A DNA stretch of 64,000 bases. Source: Bdellovibrio sp. (lineage in GTDB: Bacteria > Bdellovibrionota > Bdellovibrionia > Bdellovibrionales > Bdellovibrionaceae). Shown in pieces: positions 59,357-64,000 of this stretch. Position 1 is the stretch's first letter; every line of letters begins with the position of its first letter. The DNA is taken from the NCBI GenBank assembly GCA_036677065.1, contig JAKFBS010000001.1:732336-796335 (forward strand), read 5' to 3'. Made by a program: the position numbers and the translations under genes. Under the pieces are notes generated by a model. It ran no database searches. It saw only the letters and a program-made list of their open reading frames with translations, and was not told the DNA's origin.

Positions 59357-60661
59357 ATGTCACAATCAAGAAGAGATTTTCTTAAACAAACAGGAATTAT
59401 TTCGGCAGGGTTATTAGTGCTGCCAGTCGCGGGACAAGCGCAAGCTGATTTGTTTGCCGCTTCTGCAAGTGGAGCTTTTGCAATTCATCAGGGTTTAACC
59501 TTAGAAGATCTAACTTACATTAGCGTGCTTAGGCAAATCGCTGACGAAATCAGTTTTGAAGTTGTGGATAGTCGCAACCGCCTGCAAAAGTTTTTACATT
59601 TAAGTGAACACCGCATGGAAGGTTCGAATTTACAGCTAGACAAATTAAAGGTGATCAACCTGCGTTTAGGCGAGAACTATCGTTTTCGCATTTTAGACAG
59701 TAAAAAACGGGTGATTGATGAACGTTTTTTTAAAGCCTTAGATACGAATAAAAAAATGCCTAAAATCGTTGTCGCCAGTTGCATGAATGAGTTTTTTAAA
59801 TCGGCATGTGTTAAAATGTGGACCTCTTTGAAAGAAGCTAATCCAGATGTGGTCTTTTTAATCGGAGACACTTGTTATGCTGATCTAAAAAATGATGGCA
59901 CTCCACTGGGTTACTGGCAGCGCTACACTAAGGTCAGAAATAGCATCGGTATTTTTCGTCATAGAAATTTAACACCGATTTTAGCTGCATGGGATGATCA
60001 TGATTATGCTGAAGATGATGCTGATGGGTCTTTTCTGCAAAAACAATTTACACTCGAGCTATTTTCTACATTCTGGCTGCATCCTGAAGAAAGAAACTAT
60101 CACCGCGGCTTAGGGGTATCGCAAGATATTACTTTGTTCGGACAAAAATTTTATTTAACAGATTGCCGTTACTACCGCAGTGACGATTCGCATTTTGGCG
60201 ACGAACAAGAAGAAAAACTTATTGCTGATTTACAAAAAGACACAAAACCAATTTGGTTAATGAATGGCAGCCAGTTTTTTGGCGGCTATTTAAAAGAAGA
60301 TGCTTTCGAATATAAACAGCCCAAAAATTTTAAAGAGTTTTGCAAAAAGTTAAAATCTGTGGATGCGCCCGTGTGTTTTGTATCCGGAGACATTCATTAT
60401 TCTGAAATAATGGAAATTGATCCAGAAGTTTTAGGATATAAAACTTTTGAAATTACATCGAGTTCGATTCACAGCTTAACGTTTCTACAGTTGCATAATT
60501 TCAAAAAAAATCCTCGCCGCATAAAAAAATGCGCCACAAGTAAACATAACTTTAATGTGATCACTATTGATAACAGCAGTGATCAATTTAAATTCAATGT
60601 GTCTTGTCAGGGCGACGAAAGAAAACCGTATTATCAGAAATCTTTAGAAATCGTACGTTAA
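59357..60661 (+). CDS. Tat-exported PhoD-like metallophosphoesterase
   Basis: SRRDFLK Tat motif, ASC, GDTCYAD, WDDHDY, DCRYYR, SGDIH. Confidence 0.88.
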   Translation: MSQSRRDFLKQTGIISAGLLVLPVAGQAQADLFAASASGAFAIHQGLTLEDLTYISVLRQIADEISFEVVDSRNRLQKFLHLSEHRMEGSNLQLDKLKVINLRLGENYRFRILDSKKRVIDERFFKALDTNKKMPKIVVASCMNEFFKSACVKMWTSLKEANPDVVFLIGDTCYADLKNDGTPLGYWQRYTKVRNSIGIFRHRNLTPILAAWDDHDYAEDDADGSFLQKQFTLELFSTFWLHPEERNYHRGLGVSQDITLFGQKFYLTDCRYYRSDDSHFGDEQEEKLIADLQKDTKPIWLMNGSQFFGGYLKEDAFEYKQPKNFKEFCKKLKSVDAPVCFVSGDIHYSEIMEIDPEVLGYKTFEITSSSIHSLTFLQLHNFKKNPRRIKKCATSKHNFNVITIDNSSDQFKFNVSCQGDERKPYYQKSLEIVR

Positions 60662-60664
60662 CAA

Positions 60665-61180
60665 TTAGTAGACCTTGCTTAAATCACAAGAGTATTTTCC
60701 AGGTGCGTAGTTAAACATACGTGTCTGGCGCAACTCTTTAAAGTGCGAATCAGAATTCGAAGCCGAAGCATAAGGAAAGATCGCAATCCCGCCCCGCGGA
60801 GTAAATTCACCAATCACTTCGACGTATTTTGGTTTCAATAATTTAGCCAAATCATTGCAAATTGTTTGAATGCAATCTTCATGAAAATCACCATGATTGC
60901 GAAAGCTAAAAAGATAAAGTTTCAAAGATTTGCTTTCGACCATTTTTTTATCGGCGATATAATTAATAAAAACTTTGGCAAAATCAGGCTGGCCAGTTTT
61001 AGGACACAAAGAAGTAAACTCTGTGCATACAAAAGTAGTCCATGCGACATCTTTGGGGTTTTTATTATCAAAAGCTTCTAGAAGTTTCGGCGAATATTCA
61101 AAATTGTACTGAGTGTTGTTTTCGCCCAGTTTAAAATTTTTCAGTTCGGCAGTCGTTCTTCCAGATTTATTTTTTTTCAT
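60665..61180 (-). CDS. queF: NADPH-dependent preQ0 reductase (type I)
   Basis: [34 protein letters not shown]. Confidence 0.96.
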   Translation of the reverse strand: MKKNKSGRTTAELKNFKLGENNTQYNFEYSPKLLEAFDNKNPKDVAWTTFVCTEFTSLCPKTGQPDFAKVFINYIADKKMVESKSLKLYLFSFRNHGDFHEDCIQTICNDLAKLLKPKYVEVIGEFTPRGGIAIFPYASASNSDSHFKELRQTRMFNYAPGKYSCDLSKVY

Positions 61181-61336
61181 GTGCTCTACATAGCTGATTT
61201 TATGACTAAATGCTAATGATTTCCTCAGTTGGGTGGTTTCTTCAGGATCTTTAGAAATTTTGAAAACATTAGTATTTTCAAATAGTTATAAACTTTTTCT
61301 TGCTATTGATTCCGAAGGTGTGCTAGTTATGTAAAA

Positions 61337-62413
61337 ATGTTTTATCAATGGTTATATTCACTTGCAGAGCAGCATTCAATTTTCAACGTTTTTCGTTACA
61401 TCACAGTTAGAACTTTTATCTCGTTATTCACGGGATTTTTCTTGTGCCTAATCTGGGGCCCTTACTTCATTGAAAGTTTAAAGAAAAAACATTTCGGTCA
61501 ATCTATCCGCGATGACGGTCCACAAACGCACAAGAAAAAAGCTGGTACACCAACAATGGGTGGCTGGTTAATTTTATTAAGTTCATTGGTGTCGCTAGTG
61601 TTATGGATCGATGTTTTTAATCCGCTCGTAATTGCAACAGTTGTAATCACTTGGGGTTTTGGACTTATCGGTTATGCCGATGACTATTTAAAAGTTTCTA
61701 AGAAAAACACCAAAGGTTTGTCAGGTAAGCTTCGTTTAGCCGGAGAATTTTTAATTTCTGGAATCGCGATCTTCATATTAATTAAATATTACAATTTCAA
61801 CACGGCCTTGTCGTTACCCTTTGTTAAAAATATCTCTGTTGATCTGGGCTATTTCTATGTCGTATTCGGAGCCCTAGTGATTACTGGTACTGCCAACGCG
61901 GTAAATTTAACTGACGGCTTAGACGGTTTAGCTATCGTGCCTGTGATTATTTCAGCTACTACGTTGGCGATTTTTGCTTATGTTTCAGGGCATGCTTCGA
62001 TCGCTAATTACTTACAAATCCCACACATCACGGGTGCTGGTGAATTGGCTCCACTAGCTGCGGCAATGGTGGCCGGAAGCTTAGGCTTTTTATGGTTTAA
62101 CTCTTACCCGGCACAAGTATTTATGGGCGATGTCGGAAGCTTAAGCTTGGGTGGTTTTTTAGGAACCATGGCTGTGATTACAAAAAATGAACTTTTGATG
62201 GTTGTTTTAGGCGGAGTATTTGTGGTTGAGGCCTTATCGGTGATCACGCAAGTAGCTTCATTCAAATTAACTGGAAAAAGAGTTTTTAAAATGGCTCCGC
62301 TACATCACCATTATGAACTTGGTGGTTTAACAGAGACTAAGATTATTGTGCGTTTTTGGATTATTTCAATTTTATTAGCAGCGCTAAGTTTAGCGACGCT
62401 AAAATTAAGATAG
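61337..62413 (+). CDS. mraY: Phospho-MurNAc-pentapeptide transferase
   Basis: [38 protein letters not shown]. Confidence 0.98.
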   Translation: MFYQWLYSLAEQHSIFNVFRYITVRTFISLFTGFFLCLIWGPYFIESLKKKHFGQSIRDDGPQTHKKKAGTPTMGGWLILLSSLVSLVLWIDVFNPLVIATVVITWGFGLIGYADDYLKVSKKNTKGLSGKLRLAGEFLISGIAIFILIKYYNFNTALSLPFVKNISVDLGYFYVVFGALVITGTANAVNLTDGLDGLAIVPVIISATTLAIFAYVSGHASIANYLQIPHITGAGELAPLAAAMVAGSLGFLWFNSYPAQVFMGDVGSLSLGGFLGTMAVITKNELLMVVLGGVFVVEALSVITQVASFKLTGKRVFKMAPLHHHYELGGLTETKIIVRFWIISILLAALSLATLKLR

Positions 62414-62422
62414 GATTACGAT

Positions 62423-63814
62423 ATGTGGACAGAACTTTCAGAACTTAAAGATAAAAAAATTCTTGTTGTAGGTCTTGGTAAAACAGGTGTGTCTTTAGCT
62501 AAGTTTTTAACTAAATACGAAGCCAATGTGACAATCACTGATCATAAATCTAAGCCTGAATTATCAGCGCAATTAGACCAGCTTGAGGGTTATACCAACA
62601 TCAAGTTTGAATTAGGATCACACTCGCCAAAAACATTCTTATCGCAAGATTTAGTAATTTTATCTCCTGGTGTGGCATCGCATTTAAAAATCTTTGAATA
62701 CGCACGTCAACAGGGCGTGAAAATCACTGGTGAATTCGAATTCGCGGTGGGATTCATCAAAGAGCCAGTCGCTGCTGTTACCGGAACAAACGGTAAAACT
62801 ACAATCGCTCGTTTAGCTGAAGCCATGCTTAAAGAAAGCGGCATCGAAGTTTGGGTCGGTGGTTCAAACGAAAACCCAATTACCAATTACTTATTAGAAG
62901 AGAAAAAGGCTAAACTAGTTATCGCTGAAGTTTCAGGTTTTATGCTTGAGCATTGCGTAAATTTTAATCCAGCAAACGTTGTATTTTGTAACTTAGCTGA
63001 AAATCACTTAGATCGTTATCGTTCGATGGAAGAATACGTTAATGCAAAACGTAAAGTATTTAAAAACACCAACCAAGCTACGACTTCGATTTTAAATGCA
63101 GATGATAACGCAGTTGTTGAATTAGCCCGTGATCCTTCGGTTCAGCGTGGCCGCATTTTTTACTTCTCTAGAAAACCCGCTTTAGAACCACAAATCATGA
63201 ATATCGGTGGGGCAGTTAATATCGGTGACGAAATTAAAGTGCGTACTGGTCCAGATATCGAATCTTTCAGCGTTAAAGGCATTAAAATGAAAGGTAAACA
63301 TTCGGTTGAAAACGTAATGGCTGCCTTACTTTTAGCCCGTGAATACGGCGCAACACATGATCCGATTCAACGTGCGATCGATAATTTCGCAGGTCTTAAA
63401 CACCGTTTAGAGTACGTTCGCAAAGTGGGCGGAGTTTTATTCTACAACGACTCAAAAGCCACTAACGTGCATGCTGTATTACGTTCATTAGACTGTTTTG
63501 ATGAAAACGTAATTTTGATTGCTGGCGGTAAAGACACTAATCTTAACTACGAACCTTTACGTAATATGATCAAACGTAAGGTGAAATGTTTAATTCTAGT
63601 GGGTGAGGCCAAAGAGCGCATCAACCGTGATTTAGGTGATTTTACTGAAACTTACCTGATCGGGACGTTTGAAGAGGCGGTTTTGATCGCTTACCAAAAA
63701 TCTCGTATCGCTGACATCGTTCTACTTTCTCCGGCCTGCTCAAGCTTTGATATGTTTGACAGTTACGAAGAGAGAGGCGACTATTTTAAAGAGATCGTCA
63801 AAAAATTCAGATAA
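62423..63814 (+). CDS. murD: UDP-MurNAc-L-Ala:D-Glu ligase
   Basis: GLGKTG, SPG, TGTNGKTT, HLDRY, NDSKATN, LLSPACSSFD. Confidence 0.97.
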   Translation: MWTELSELKDKKILVVGLGKTGVSLAKFLTKYEANVTITDHKSKPELSAQLDQLEGYTNIKFELGSHSPKTFLSQDLVILSPGVASHLKIFEYARQQGVKITGEFEFAVGFIKEPVAAVTGTNGKTTIARLAEAMLKESGIEVWVGGSNENPITNYLLEEKKAKLVIAEVSGFMLEHCVNFNPANVVFCNLAENHLDRYRSMEEYVNAKRKVFKNTNQATTSILNADDNAVVELARDPSVQRGRIFYFSRKPALEPQIMNIGGAVNIGDEIKVRTGPDIESFSVKGIKMKGKHSVENVMAALLLAREYGATHDPIQRAIDNFAGLKHRLEYVRKVGGVLFYNDSKATNVHAVLRSLDCFDENVILIAGGKDTNLNYEPLRNMIKRKVKCLILVGEAKERINRDLGDFTETYLIGTFEEAVLIAYQKSRIADIVLLSPACSSFDMFDSYEERGDYFKEIVKKFR

Positions 63815-63824
63815 GTTAACTTCG

Positions 63825-63865
63825 GTTTGCTCCGTCTGGATGAATAATCTTTCGACGGAGTAGAC
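63825..63865 (+). promoter_or_regulatory. RNA hairpin occluding the ftsW Shine-Dalgarno
   Basis: GTTTGCTCCGTC (63825-63836) pairs with GACGGAGTAGAC (63854-63865), 12 bp with 2 G-U pairs, covering GGAG. Confidence 0.55.
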
Positions 63866-63866
63866 T

Positions 63867-64000
63867 TTGAAAAACATCAAGCTTCAGACAAAATTTTTAT
63901 CTTCTAGTCTTTTTCTATCTATCTTTGCGCTTTTGGGCGTGGGATTAGTTCAGGTTTACAGTTCAAGTTACATTTTCGCGATCGAATCTTACGGCGATGG
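63867..64000 (+). CDS. ftsW: Cell division protein FtsW, 5' partial (runs off window)
   Basis: TTG start, reads MKNIKLQTKFLSSSLFLSIFALLGVGLVQVYSSSYIFA, matching the SEDS GLVMVYSAS motif. Follows murD. Confidence 0.85.
   Translation, partial: MKNIKLQTKFLSSSLFLSIFALLGVGLVQVYSSSYIFAIESYGD

Noticed and set aside
1673..61081. Many short ORFs in the track nested in or antisense to long genes (e.g. 1673-2068, 3397-3735, 7769-8153, 24022-24345, 31510-31908, 52017-52505)
   Set aside because: They overlap well-supported genes and show no motifs or RBS, so are treated as shadow ORFs.

Overview
Gene-dense, AT-rich bacterial chromosome segment (GC not computed), most consistent with a Bdellovibrionota predator (Bdellovibrio/Pseudobdellovibrio-like). 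The assignment is inferred from a Bd0055-like histone fold, VWA/MIDAS lipoprotein, PilZ proteins and gene order. About 70 CDSs, mostly housekeeping: rsmD-coaD-aminotransferase, pal-cpoB-tsaD-rsmA-smpB, prmA-rsmE, rluB, dsbD, motAB, lspA, dacB plus lytic transglycosylase, upp-hpt-thyA-folA, and a fragmented dcw cluster (rsmH-ftsL-ftsI ... murE-murF ... mraY-murD-ftsW). No rRNA, tRNA, CRISPR array or mobile element was seen. The standout is a bacterial histone variant at 23819-24304 (-): a Cys6/His2 ZZ-like zinc finger joined by a flexible linker to a C-terminal histone fold. Other notable items: a lipoprotein with four Cys-containing Ig-like repeats plus a MIDAS VWA domain, a metallopeptidase/beta-propeller/Omp85 fusion, LspA-HAMP and DnaQ-WYL fusions, and a MotB with a degenerate peptidoglycan-binding domain. 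Readable regulatory signals include several sigma28-like promoters, sigma54-like promoters, paired Rrf2 operators, a recurring GTCTCA-N3-TGAGAC palindrome, likely leaderless mRNAs and a hairpin hiding the ftsW ribosome-binding site. Many start codons were moved downstream from the ORF track using RBS or -10 evidence. All family calls come from motif recognition, not database searches.
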